Made by a program: the position numbers and the translations under genes. A stretch of 64,000 bases of DNA from Octopus bimaculoides (taxonomy: Eukaryota): the NCBI RefSeq assembly GCF_001194135.2, contig NC_068997.1:19761377-19825376 (forward strand), given 5' to 3'. This document shows positions 35,849-48,982 of this stretch, in pieces (the first letter of the stretch is position 1; each line of letters begins with the position of its first letter). The notes beneath the pieces were generated by a model. It had not been told where the DNA came from. It saw only the letters and a list, made by a program, of their open reading frames with translations, and ran no database searches.

Positions 35849-37299
35849 GTATGAGTACAGAAGTCTGTATAAGAAGTATGTAGCTACATAGCACAGACAT
35901 ATAAATACAAGAGATAGTCAGTGCATTCTGGGTGGCTGAGTATTGTATGTAGTAACTGGGATACTTTGACTGGTCACTGACTCATTTTATCACAGATCAA
36001 TCTATGATAAACCTAACACGGTTGTGATTAAATGTAGCTTGTTATCTTGGATCAGTGATGTATGAATCAGTGATAAACAAGGCTACACGTATCCCGATGT
36101 ATTACTTCTTACTGCAGCAATCCAATGAGGCAAGGAGTCTTCTGGTTATTCTTTCATCAGCCTTGGCAGTTTTACTAAAGGTCAAAGGTACCACGCTCTG
36201 TCTTGGACGAAGCCATTAAAAAAAATAATAAATAATAGTTTCTCCACAATTGACAGCCCAGACTATTGCACTTGTCAGTCAGTTTATATAACTCTAAGTA
36301 GAAGAATTTAAAAAGTAATTTTCTTTGAAATGAAATGGCCGTTTTATGCAAAACGGCTAGCTTGATAGATAGGTGAATTTATTTGGACTGTTGAAGACAT
36401 ACATAAAATATTTCTTTGTATATTTTGTATTGATTGGTTCATGATGAAAGGAGCATATAATTGTTTACATTGGATGTAAGAAAGTTAGAAAAAAAAGTAA
36501 TAGAAAACAGCCAAAAATTAAATAAGAAACAAATTGAATATAACAATTTTAGAAATGAAAAAAAGAATCAATAAATTGAATATAAAATTTAACAAAAAAC
36601 ATTCAGTGTATAAAAATATATGTTACATGTTGCTCACAGTTATATAAAGAAAGGTATTACATTAAACTATTTCTAGGAAAAAAAAAACAAAAAAAAAAAA
36701 ACAAATGTTACTATAACATTTCTGAAGATAGAATAATATATAGATTTATTTTATTTGAAAATATTTAATGTAACTATAGAAATATCTGAATAATGTTTTG
36801 TAATGTTATTTTTACATTGTTTTAAGAAGTTAACTGCATTTTAAATTTTATTTTGCGTGATGAGTTTTGACAATATATTCAGTAAAGTCAGGAGATATTT
36901 TCAGCATAAATATTAATTTGAAATTATAATGGAAAAGCGTCTGACTGTTTTCTCCCCCAGTCTCCATCTCTGTCTATATGTATATCTCTTTTAATGGTTC
37001 TTGCTCTAACATCTTTGTCTTCATCTGCCTGCTTCCTATATGTGTGTATGTGTGTTTGTGTGTGTGTATACACACACACACACACACATTCATCCTTATC
37101 AATCTTTCTTCCTGCTTGCATGTCTGTTTCTTTACTGATATCTCAAAAAGATTAACTCTTGCTTGTGCATGCATACACATGTACACACGCACACTTGCAT
37201 GCACACACACACACATACACACAGATTTTTTTCTTTTACGCATATTATTTCCTTTAAGTTTATGAAAAACACATGCAAAAACTACCTCAGAAATCTTAC

Positions 37300-37450
37300 C
37301 TATAGGCACACTGGTATTTAATTTATTGACCCCGAAAGGATGAAAAGCGAAGTTGACCTCAGCAGAATTTGAACTCTGAACGTTTGTGGCAAATGAAATA
37401 TCGCTAAGCATTTCATCTGGTGTGCTACCAATTCTGCCAGCTCGCTGCCT
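37300..37450 (-). mobile_element. SINE family A
   Basis: ttattgaccccgaaaggatgaaaagcgaagttgacc..gaatttgaactc..gctaagcattt is the reverse complement of family A. Confidence 0.8.
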
Positions 37451-37589
37451 CAATAATAATAATAATAATGATAATGATAATAATAATAATAATACACATA
37501 CACACACACATACACAAACATGCACATAATTTATAAATACATTAATATATCCATAAATATACACATAAATAGAAATTTAATTTAACCAT

Positions 37590-37805
37590 CGTCATCATCA
37601 TCATCACCATTTCACATCCGTTCCCATGCCAGTATGGGTTGGGCTGTTTGACAAGGTCTGAATGAGCTGCAGAAGTGCATCAGGCCAAAACTTCAGCTTA
37701 GGCATGTTTTCTATGGCTGAACGTCCTTCCCAATACCAACCATTTTATAGTTTGTTCTGGATGTTTTATTGTGTCACTGACACAAGTGGGATTGCCAAGT
37801 AACTT
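37590..37805 (-). mobile_element. RTE-tail repeat (family D)
   Basis: (CAT)n..cccatgccagtatgggttgg..tggctgaacgtccttcccaataccaacc. Confidence 0.65.
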
Positions 37806-38593
37806 GCATGACAAAGTAAAAAAAGAAATGGGGGAAAAACCCTTACATCTAAACGGAAGTGTATTTGAAATAGGCAGTGATGGCTTTAGCTGAGGTTTTG
37901 AAGGTTAAAGTGTATATGTATGTATGAATATAATAAATGTATAATTTTAAGAAATTTTGACGGTTTCAAAACATAAATAGACTTTTATCTATTAAGATTG
38001 TTGTACTGAGAGAAATACAAATGAGAGAATTCTGTAGACAAGAAGTTTAGGGTGTTTGTTATGCATAACAAATGGCAGGTAGGTAAACCTCCTGACTTTG
38101 TAGTTGAATGAACAGAAATATACAAAGTGTTCAACTAAACCTTTAAAGACAGTGTTGCAGCATAGTCATAACTATGACGAAAACAGGTAAAGAGAAGAGA
38201 CGAATAAAGGATGATTAAATATATAACCATTCTGTGCTCATCTCCTCCTATGATCTCACACTTATGATAATGTAAGTACTGATTGTCTAAGCCTTACATC
38301 CTCACTCACTATTTTGTACACTAACATCATTGTAATCATTAGTTTTGATATGTCTTTGCTGTTATGGTTTGTACAGACCTGTGTTACATATTTGCATGTA
38401 TTCTTATCTTGAATCTTAATTCTTAGATAATTTGCATGGTCGCAGCTCTGAGCTGAAACTACAGCAAAAGAAGAAAAAAAACTGTTTCAAGTGTATAAAT
38501 GCTTCTTCTCTCTGTCTGTCTTTCTCTTTCCCTCTCTGTCTCTCTCTGTCGCTCTCCTTCTTTCTCTCTCTCTCCCCATCTCTCTTTGTATAT

Positions 38594-38630
<37 letters not shown>

Positions 38631-38957
38631 CACAGCTATGCTGAACGGTTGCCAATTCGATCAGCCTTGCTTAGAAACGAAAGACTTTGACCAAGCATCC
38701 TAGAGTACACCGATGCACTTAGCAATGGACCTGATTTGTAAACATTACTGAGACAACATCCGTTGTCATGTGTGAGTTAGGCAGAACAAGATGGAACAAT
38801 AGATGCTGCAACAGACTTCAAATGACCAAACTAGAAGGTCTTGCAAATCAGCAGCCAGCTTTGCTATGCTCAACCAAAGCTATAAAGAACTCTGCCATGA
38901 ATGGTCTTTTTAGTATGTTGTACTCTGTGATATGACTATAATCTATTAAAACATATA

Positions 38958-39150
38958 CTCTTTTACTTGTTTCAGTCATTTGACTGTGGCCATGCTGGAG
39001 CACCACTTTTTAGTCGAAGAAATCGGCCCCAGCACTTATTCTTTGTAAGCCTAGTACTTATTCTATCAACCTCTTTTGCCGAACTGTTAAGCTATGGGGG
39101 ACATAAACACACCAACATTGGTTGCCAAGCAATGGTTGGGGGACAAAGAC
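38958..39150 (-). mobile_element. SINE family B tail
   Basis: ctcttttacttgtttcagtcatttgactgtggccatgctggagcacc... Confidence 0.8.
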
Positions 39151-39203
39151 AGACACATAAATACATACATATATATACCTACATACATACATATATATAT
39201 ATG

Positions 39204-39248
<45 letters not shown>

Positions 39249-39585
39249 ATATATATAGCGGAATTGAACTCTAGACCTCATGATTGCAGTGCAAATTACT
39301 TACCCACTCAACCTCACCTGGGGACTATAATATGGTATATTATACTGTGTTATATCATATATATGCCTACATACACACACCCATTCACAAACACATACAC
39401 AGCACATGCACACACATTTGAGATCAATACAATTTATATATGTACACCACAAGTGTGGTGTGGTGTGTGTGTGTGTGTGTATACTACATTTATATAAACA
39501 GGATTTAAGTAATACACACCTGTATGTATATAAAAAGTATAAATATTTTATATATTATATACCTCATATGTATCTGTGTGTGTCT

Positions 39586-39617
<32 letters not shown>

Positions 39618-40268
39618 TAAACATGTTTATGTATGTGTGTACATACATACATACATACATGCACATGCACACACACAAACACACACATATATTTGTGTGT
39701 TTGTATGTATTTAGGCACAAAAACAAAGATACACATAGGACAGAAAAGTCAATTAGTTTACTCTCACATTTTATTTCAGATAAAATACAAACTCTTTACA
39801 GTAATACATTCATCTCCACAAGGATATATGCATATGTCTGTATGTGTGTGTGTGTGTGTGTCTGTGTGTCCATATGTGTGCATATGGTAATGCTTTGAAA
39901 ACTAGCTGTATTCAATATTCACTTTAATTTTCACATGAACCGTCAGTGTCTCATTCATAGTAGATGCTAAATAATTTCCATTCTGATTCATGGTTTATTC
40001 AAAAATATTTCTTCGACTTATGGGTTCCTTGTGGCATACTTATAATCAATATTGGAATGCCGACAGGAGTAGTATTTACCTATAGAACAATTTATACTAA
40101 AATACATCTTATGCTGACATTTCTTTAATACAGTTCTCTGAAATATGTATTTAGCTTCTACCTACAAAACTAGCAGACACACATTTCATTTCTATTTGAA
40201 GTATATAAAGATACCTATAAATAATGTTAATAATGATGACAATGATGATGATGATAATAATAATAATG

Positions 40269-40302
<34 letters not shown>

Positions 40303-40485
40303 TAATTGTAATAATAATAATAATAATAGTATCTATATTGGTAATATCAGTAATAATGATGATGTGAATAACTGTAAAATAATCATAATTTTTTGCTGTT
40401 AAAATACTTTGCATGTCAGTTAAATTTGATGCAATTGATAGCATGTGTACACCAACATTATCTTGTAGCCCCCACCACATATATT

Positions 40486-40539
<54 letters not shown>

Positions 40540-40606
40540 TAGATAGATAGATCATTTGTAGAAAGCATAAATCTGGAGAAGTACACTCTAAGATGTAGAG
40601 CGGTAT

Positions 40607-40841
40607 ATATTAAAAATGGGGAACACCGATTTATAGGTTTCCTTCCCTTCCATAAACGGATTAGTTCTATGGAGTTATCATCAGACCCCAAAACCTGTTA
40701 CCCTATGACCTCTTTAGAATATTTTGAAGAGGTCGTAGGCCAACAGGTTTTGGGGTCTGACAAAACGCCATAGAGCTAAACCCTTTATGGACAGGAAACC
40801 TAAGGTGATCCCATAAACTGGCCTTCCCCATTGTTAATATA
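40607..40841. repeat. ~235-bp fold-back element inserted in (TA)n
   Basis: tatattaaaaatggggaa / ttccccattgttaatata; tcagaccccaaaacctgtt / aacaggttttggggtctga; ctatgacctctt / aagaggtcgtag. Confidence 0.85.
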
Positions 40842-40902
40842 TGTATATATATATAATATGTATGTATATATGTACGCATATACACACATGCATGCATGCA
40901 TG

Positions 40903-40975
<73 letters not shown>

Positions 40976-41639
40976 ATATCCATTATTGTGTGTATAAATA
41001 TACATCCATTTTTATGTGTGTGTATATATTACATTTATATATTTATATGTATTCATATTCAGTATGTTTAAACATGTCTGTATTCCTTTTATACTGTTTG
41101 AATTTTATTCTAAGTTTCTTCTTCTTCCACTCTTTGCTTAGCAGACAGATTTTGAAATTTATTGATTATTGCATGACTCTCCAATAATAACCTTTGATTA
41201 AACATTCCAGGAAAATTTGTAATTCATCGCTATATGATGAATGATTACATGCTCTCTGAGTTAGTTTGAAAGTCGGCATGCACGAAACTCTAAGCCTTTG
41301 AACTACTTTTGTAGTTTTTCAACCTATAATAAAATATGTAATATATATATATGTGCGTATATTGAGTTATCTGTGTATATATACTTGAGTGGTGTGTGTG
41401 TATGTGACTATCTCTGTGCATGTGTGTATGTGAGTGTGATCAGTGTATATGTGAATATAGTTTGTGTTTGCATATGAGTGTAATGTGTGTGTATGTGAGT
41501 GTAGTCTGTGTGTGTGTATGTATGTGTGTGTGAGCATACCTCAATCTGCCTGTACATTGAAATTCCACATTTGTCTCCATTTGAGTAAAGCAGTGGTGAT
41601 GTTGATGATATTCTATGTTGACATAAAAATCTGCTACTC

Positions 41640-41790
41640 TGTGTCTTCAAAGTCAGCTATGAGAAAAGTGACCCGTATTTGGAAACACATAAGGGTTGGT
41701 GACACAGAGAGCATCCAACTGTAAAATCCTGTCTCAACTTTTTGTCCAAACCCATGGTAATAGGGAAAAGTAGACATTAAACATACACAC
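41640..41790 (+). mobile_element. RTE-tail repeat (family D)
   Basis: gggttggtgacacagagagcatccaactgtaaaa..cccatgg..gacattaaac. Confidence 0.6.
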
Positions 41791-41841
41791 ACACACACAC
41801 ACACACATATGCATACACACACACACACGTGTGCATGCACC

Positions 41842-42210
41842 TTTTATCTTTTACGGTTTCAGTCATTGGACTGCAGCCATGCTGGGTCACCTCCAAAGCC
41901 TGGTGCTTATTTTTTCAGTATATTTTGCCAAACTGTTAAGTTTTGGATGATTAAACAAACCAGCACCAGTTGTCAAGTGGTGGTGAAGGATAAGCAAAAA
42001 TACAGAGACCTGCACAGAAACAAAAACACACAGACACACACACATACGGAAGGGGCTTCTTTCCGTTTCTGTCTATTAAATCCACTGACAAGGCTTTGGT
42101 CAGCTTGGGGGTATAGCAGTAGGCACTTGCCAAAATTCTGACAAAATAGAACTGGACTCAGAATCATGTGGCTGGGATGCAAACTTCTTAGCAGACTGCT
42201 ACACCTGTAC
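41842..42210 (-). mobile_element. SINE family B, full length
   Basis: Reverse complement of tail, body and head. Confidence 0.78.
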
Positions 42211-42525
42211 CTATATGTGTATTGTTCAATTTCGAGCCATGAAATGCATAAATATGCAAATTAGGCTCTCTATTAATACGCTTGCCTAATTTATATAAAC
42301 AGCAAGCCTGTGCTTTTGAATACAGAAGGAAGTCATGTACATCGTCTCTGAGGAGTGCTGATCAAACCATGAGACAATCCATCAGGAGACTGTCTTTTTG
42401 TTTGTTTTTTTCACCAATCAACAATGACATTGAAAGAATTTGTTTGTCTGCTTGTTTTCTTGGTTCTAGCACAGTGAGACTTTGAAATATTTAAATTTCT
42501 TCTAGTTCTTCTCATTGACACTATG

Positions 42526-42592
<67 letters not shown>
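42526..42592. repeat. (TG)n microsatellite
   Basis: Pure TG run; one example of many TA/TG/CA/TACA tracts in the window. Confidence 0.95.
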
Positions 42593-42594
<2 letters not shown>

Positions 42595-42784
42595 TGTGTG
42601 TCTATGTATGCATGTATATGTAGTTTCTATTTAGCACTGTCAACCAACTGAGGTTGGTAAGTAACAATAGATTAAATTACTATTTTCTTCTGAAATTCTG
42701 GCATTTCATTGTGATTATGCAATCATCTACATAACAATTACTGCACAATGTATAGGGAAATACATGTGTATGTGTGTATATATG

Positions 42785-42817
<33 letters not shown>

Positions 42818-43315
42818 ATTTGTGTGTGTGTGTCTACATATATGTTTATGTATATATATATGTATTGATATATATATNNNNNNNNNNNNNNNNNNNNNNN
42901 NNNNNNNNNNNNNNNNNNNNNNNNNNNNNNNNNNNNNNNNNNNNNNNNNNNNNNNNNNNNNNNNNNNNNNNNNNNNNNNNNNNNNNNNNNNNNNNNNNNN
43001 NNNNNNNNNNNNNNNNNNNNNNNNNNNNNNNNNNNNNNNNNNNNNNNNNNNNNNNNNNNNNNNNNNNNNNNNNNNNNNNNNNNNNNNNNNNNNNNNNNNN
43101 NNNNNNNNNNNNNNNNNNNNNNNNNNNNNNNNNNNNNNNNNNNNNNNNNNNNNNNNNNNNNNNNNNNNNNNNNNNNNNNNNNNNNNNNNNNNNNNNNNNN
43201 NNNNNNNNNNNNNNNNNNNNNNNNNNNNNNNNNNNNNNNNNNNNNNNNNNNNNNNNNNNNNNNNNNNNNNNNNNNNNNNNNNNNNNNNNNNNNNNNNNNN
43301 NNNNNNNNNNNNNNN

Positions 43316-43362
<47 letters not shown>

Positions 43363-43452
43363 ATGTGTGTGTGTGTGTGTGTGTATGTGTATATAGTAAA
43401 CATACTTGCATGTATATATATGTATTTATATGTGTGTGTGTGCATATATAGT

Positions 43453-43503
<51 letters not shown>

Positions 43504-44111
43504 CATGTATACACACGCATACACATACATACACATCTTATCCTAATCTCCAAAACATCAGAACTGTTAATGGTTCAGTATAAGGATTTTATTTTTTATT
43601 TTTTATTTTTAATATATTTAATCTTAAATCCATCATCATACTAAGCTGGATTATGTCTTCAATGTTATTTCTTCTCCCCAGTTGAACTGTATTTAAGAAA
43701 GAGGCTTGATGTGTTAAAGTCACGTTTCTACTTTCTAATGTCTGTCAACTTTAAAGTTATACAAATGTGCGTATAGATGAGAAAAGCTAGAAAGGCATTT
43801 GAAATTAATCACATATATAGTTGGAGGTATAGTTATGCGATTAAGAAGTTCATTTTCTAACTGTGTGGTTTGGTGTTCAATCCACTCTGTAGCATAGCAT
43901 CTTGGGTTAATTTTTTTTTTTTTTTCTGTTTTTTACATTACTATTGAGTTGACCAATAAAATACTTCTAAGGGAAACTGGTTGTTAGATAAAAACTGTGC
44001 AAACACCTCCTTTTATTTATATGCACATGCACACACATATAAATTGTATATATATATATGTGTATATGTGTATGTGTGTGTGTGTGTGTGTGCATGTATA
44101 TATATATATAT

Positions 44112-44350
44112 CATCATCATCATCATCATCATCGTTTAACGTCCGCCTTCCATGCTAGCATGGGTTGGACTATTTGACTGAGGACTGGTGAAACCGGATG
44201 GCAACACCAGGCTCCAATCTAATTTGGCAGAGTTTCTACAGCTGGATGCCCTTCCTAACGCCAACCACTCAGAGAGTGTAGTGGGTGCTTTTACGTGTCA
44301 CCCGCACGAAAACGGCCACGCTCGAAATGGTGTCTTTTATGTGCCATCCG

Positions 44351-44353
<3 letters not shown>
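44112..44353 (-). mobile_element. RTE-tail repeat (family D), little decayed
   Basis: (CAT)n-cgtttaacgtccgccttccatgctagcatgggttggac..ctggatgcccttcctaacgccaacc; CpGs retained. Confidence 0.78.
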
Positions 44354-44381
<28 letters not shown>

Positions 44382-45224
44382 CTGTAAAAATATGTGACAC
44401 TTATTCAGTAGCCATGATAANNNNNNNNNNNNNNNNNNNNNNNNNNNNNNNNNNNNNNNNNNNNNNNNNNNNNNNNNNNNNNNNNNNNNNNNNNNNNNNN
44501 NNNNNNNNNNNNNNNNNNNNNNNNNNNNNNNNNNNNNNNNNNNNNNNNNGGAGTTTTATCATGGCTACTGAATAAGTGTCACATATTTTTACAGATAAAT
44601 TCCTCTATTTGCATAATATCGAGGTCTCTTTCTTTTGTTGCTATTCCTGTCAAATATATATATATATAGTTATATATATATAAAATGAATATAGATTTTA
44701 TATATCATGGGTGACTCCAGCACTCAGGCTGTTCAGGCGTAACCTGAATATAAATTTAGTAAAGTGAATGTGTATTTGCAAGCTGATTTAATTTCTGCCA
44801 ACACTGACTTCAATTATGTAATTGTAGCCAATAACTTGGGCTCCTTTTATTGAGCCTGGTCGCAGTTCATCTATTTTCGTTCAGTATCTGGTAGTCATCT
44901 TTGAGGTGCCCTGTGTCAAAAAATATCATTCATAGCAGACGTTCTCTCAATATTGTTCACACGCACCTCACTCGGGCTCAGAAGTTACAACCTGAGCTGT
45001 TATCTGTAATCGTAATAATTGAAAGTAATTCAAATTCAATGTTTTCTTGAAACAATAAATTTCTATAGAGATTTGAATTCCAATCTATGAAAAGTTTCCA
45101 TCCTACAATATTCTTAAAAGAATGAAAAAGACATAAACAAGTAAAGTAGAAATAGAAGGTGACCAGTTCATCAATTACCATGGTGAAACAGATATATTCA
45201 CACGTGCACACACACACACATAGT

Positions 45225-45403
45225 CGTTAGATTGTGGCAATGCCTTGAGGAATTTTAGTTGAAATAGTCAAAGCCTGTACTTATTTTCTTTTTAAGCCTC
45301 ATACTTATTTCATTGGTCTCTTTCACTGAATCTTTTGCTGAACTGCTAAGTTATGAGGACATAAACACACCAACATCAGTTATCAAACAGCAGTGGGAGA
45401 CAA

Positions 45404-45435
<32 letters not shown>

Positions 45436-45595
45436 GTGACAGGCTTCTTTCAGTTTCCACCTACTGAATCCACACAACGCCTTGATCAACCCGAGGCTTT
45501 AGTAGAAAACATCTGCCCAAGGTGCTATACAGTGGGACTGAACCCAGAGCCATGTGGTTTGGAAACAAACATCACATCACACAACCACACCCGTG
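45225..45595 (-). mobile_element. SINE family B
   Basis: Reverse complement with (CA)n at the internal site. Confidence 0.75.
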
Positions 45596-45748
45596 TTAAG
45601 CTAAATCGTATATTTTCTCTCTTTTGCTTTATAGAATACATCTGATGTAGACTGTATATTTTTGTTCTTTAAATATCGAATTATCCATAACTGGAGACAT
45701 TCTATGTAGTTCCTTGCACCCAGCTTATCATTAATAGTATCTTATAAG

Positions 45749-45960
45749 GAGGCAAGCTGACAGAATCATTATCACCCCAAGCATAATGCTTAGCAGCATT
45801 TTGTTCATCTTTACATTCTGAAGTTCAAATTCAACTGGGGCCAACTTTAACTTTCATCCTTTTGAGGTTGATAAAATAAGTGCTAGTTGAACAATGGGAT
45901 TGATGTAATTGTCTTAACCCTCCCCCAAAATTGCTGGCCTTGTGCCAAAATTTGAAGCCA
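45749..45960 (+). mobile_element. SINE family A
   Basis: gaggcaagctgacagaatc..gttcaaattc..ctttcatccttttgaggttgataaaataag. Confidence 0.78.
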
Positions 45961-46499
45961 TTATTACTATTAACTTAATGTCATCATTGTGGCTGTGGTT
46001 TGGTTTCAGTGTTTCTGCACCTGATACCTCCATGTAAGCCTGAATTTAGTGATTTTTGTAGATTTATGTTTTATAGCTTGAGGCCTGTTTTCACTACTAA
46101 TGTAAACTCACCGAGGAAATGATAGTAATTTTGCAGTTAGTTTGCCTAAAGCATGTAGATTAACACACTTTGTTTAGAACAATTATATGTCTAAGAGAAT
46201 TCAGTGAATAGTTCAACATATTCCATCTCTTCTCATTCTGTCTCCACTTCATAAAGAATATATATCCCATATCACTATCATTTCTTCAGTACAACAATAA
46301 TTGCTTATACATCAAAAGGAAGATTTTGGTTTAGTCAGTTCGTTTGGTATCAGTCAATTGCAAAGTCTGTCTCCGATTCCAGTAAATAATAGCCTGTTTT
46401 TATTCTATCAATTTAACCATGACCTAACTGCTGACTATAACTGCCAAGAAAAGTAGTTGAACAAAGATTACTCTTTCTTTACGTATATATCTATCTATA

Positions 46500-46975
46500 T
46501 CGTAGGCATCTCAGTGGGTGCAGCTTCACCAGGCAGGGAAGTTTGTATGCTTGTATTTCCCAGGTGTCGGGTTGATTTCAAAGCTCTTCAGTGAGGCTTT
46601 GAGTGTATCCATGAAGCACTTTTTCTGTCTACCCTGCGTGCACTTTGCTTACACCTGTTCATTGTAAAACAGCCTCTTGGGGAGTCACGTATCAGGCATT
46701 GAAACAAGGTAGCCTGCTCACCAGACTTGCACTCTCCTCAGCAGTGTATAAATGCTTAGCAGCTCAGCTCAAGAGAGGACCTCTCTGTCTGAGATCTTGT
46801 CTTGCCAGGTGATTTTCAATTATGCAAGTCCAGAGCTAACTCCTTGTCCTCAGTTCTAGCAGATCACTGGTGCCTGATCTGCAGCCAAACTGTCTGAGCA
46901 GACCGATTTGCCACAGCCAGATACACCGTACTCCATCTTCTTCTCCCATGTGATGTCCTTGATCATCAACAATGC
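46500..46975 (-). mobile_element. BovB-like RTE LINE RT C-terminal fragment
   Basis: Minus strand: ITWQDKISDREVL, MPDT*LPKRLFYNEQV, GRQKKCFMDTLKASLKSFEINPDTWE. Confidence 0.78.
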
Positions 46976-47104
46976 TAGACAAACTACAACTACTATTACC
47001 ACTACTACTGCCGTTGCTACTGCTGCTACTACTACTACTACTACTGATACTATCAATAATAATAATGTCTGTATGTGTATGAGTGTCTATACATATACAT
47101 ATAA

Positions 47105-47262
47105 CAGGCTTCTTTCAGTTTCCACCTACCAAATCCATTTACAAGGTTTTGTTCTGCCGGGGACTATAGCAGAAGATACTTGTACAAGGGACTATATAGT
47201 TGGACTGAACCCAGAATTGTGTGGTTAGGAAGAAAATGTCTTACTACATAGCCACATCTGTG
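47105..47262 (-). mobile_element. SINE family B head
   Basis: caggcttctttcagtttccacctaccaaatcc...ttactacatagccac. Confidence 0.75.
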
Positions 47263-47837
47263 CCTATACACACACACTTACATGCATGCACACACATGCA
47301 CGCATGCACACATACACAAAGCCATTTAGATCAGATCTCTAATGTGTGCAGCACACCACTGACTCATAAACATGACTATGCATTAGACTCAAGGGATTTG
47401 ATAGTGCTCGTTATCACTTATCCTTCAGTCTTCTATTATAATCACTTTTGTTTAGCACCTTTGCATCTTTGAGAACAATTTCTGTTCAACATTTGTGAAA
47501 GGCTAATTTTATGTAAGATGCTTATGTAAGTCACTTTCACTCATTGTCTGTTTCTATCTAAGAAACAGCCCGCTTTCAACAGCATGTCATTGTTTCAAAC
47601 CTCTATTGAACAGTTCCAACATTTCTCTAATCATCCGAGCAACAGCATCATTACTGCAGTGGTGGTAGTAGTAGTAGTGGTGGCACTGGTGATGGTGGTG
47701 GTGGTGGTGGTGGTGGTGGTGGTGGTGTTTGGGGGTAGCAATGTTGCTGTTGTCTAGCAAGTACTTTGTGCCCATAGATGTTGTTGATTCAATGCATTTA
47801 TTCATCTGATATCTAATATGAAATAAGGCATGAACAT

Positions 47838-48172
47838 TGGCACAGGTGTGGCTGTGTGGTAAGATGTTTGCTTCCCAACTGCATGGTTCTTGGTTCAGTC
47901 CCACTACATGGCGCCTTGGACAAGTGTCTTCTATATAAAACCCAGTACTTTGCGTCTGGATTTTGGTAGATGGAAACTGAAAGAAGCCCATAGTTGTATG
48001 TGTGTGTGTGTCTAAATCTATGTATGTGTGCCTTTGTGTTTTTGCTTGTCCCTCACCACTGCTTCACAACTGTAACTTAGTGGTTCAGCAAAAAGAGACT
48101 GATAAAATAAATATCAGACCTAGAAAAAAAAACCTGTGTACTGGTGTTCATATGCTTGACTAAACCCTTCAA
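47838..48172 (+). mobile_element. SINE family B
   Basis: ggcacaggtgtggctgtgtggtaag..ttttggtagatggaaactgaaagaagccc..gtaacttagtggttcagcaaaaagagac. Confidence 0.8.
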
Positions 48173-48214
48173 GGTGGTACTGAAATCTATCAAAGTATAT
48201 GTCAATGTCACTGT

Positions 48215-48400
48215 CGTCGCCTTTACCGTCGGCATTGTATCCGTCAGTTTATGTCCACTTTTCTATGCTTGCATGGATCAGATGAAATTTGTTGTAGTAG
48301 ATTTTCTATGGCTGGATGCCCTTCCTGTACTAACTGTCATCTGTTTCAAGGAAGGTAATTTTACCTTGTGACTGAAAAGTTTCGATGGAAGCTTGCCAAA
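48215..48400 (-). mobile_element. RTE-tail repeat fragment (family D)
   Basis: gtccacttttctatgcttgcatgg..ttttctatggctggatgcccttcctg. Confidence 0.6.
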
Positions 48401-48751
48401 AAACACTGCTTTTATGAATGTGATACTCATTTACAGCCATCGAGACAAAGAGACATTAACACACACACACACACACACATGTATATATGCACATATATCA
48501 TTTAATGTACACAGTATAAAGATATGAGCTACGAATAGTTTCTTGCCTTGGAGACATGGGTCTAAGCAGGTTTTTATGATATGCTCTGTCTTCAAGCAAT
48601 CTCCGGGCTCTGAGCACATAGTCTATTCAGTTTGCATTTCAGGATGCAAGTACATGAGAAATCGCATGCAAAAAAAAATGACAAGGAAGTTGTTTCTATT
48701 CACCTTTCCATTTTTTCTCTCTTGATTTCTCTTGTACCAGCATTATATATG

Positions 48752-48829
<78 letters not shown>

Positions 48830-48832
<3 letters not shown>

Positions 48833-48982
48833 TTTCTGTCTACCAAATCTACTAACAGTGTATTGGTTGACCTGGAGCTATAGTTGAAAACACTTGGCCA
48901 TGGTGTCACACAGTGTGACTAAACTTGCGATCCAAAACCATGTGGTTGAGAAGCAAACTTCTTACCACATAGCTATGCTGCA
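48830..48982 (-). mobile_element. SINE family B head
   Basis: gtttctgtctaccaaatc..aaccatgtggttgagaagcaaacttcttaccacatagc. Confidence 0.75.

Noticed and set aside
41225-41300. atgatga ... cacgaaactc, a possible hammerhead
   Set aside because: Stem II does not close at the core and there is no NUH site after a stem III.
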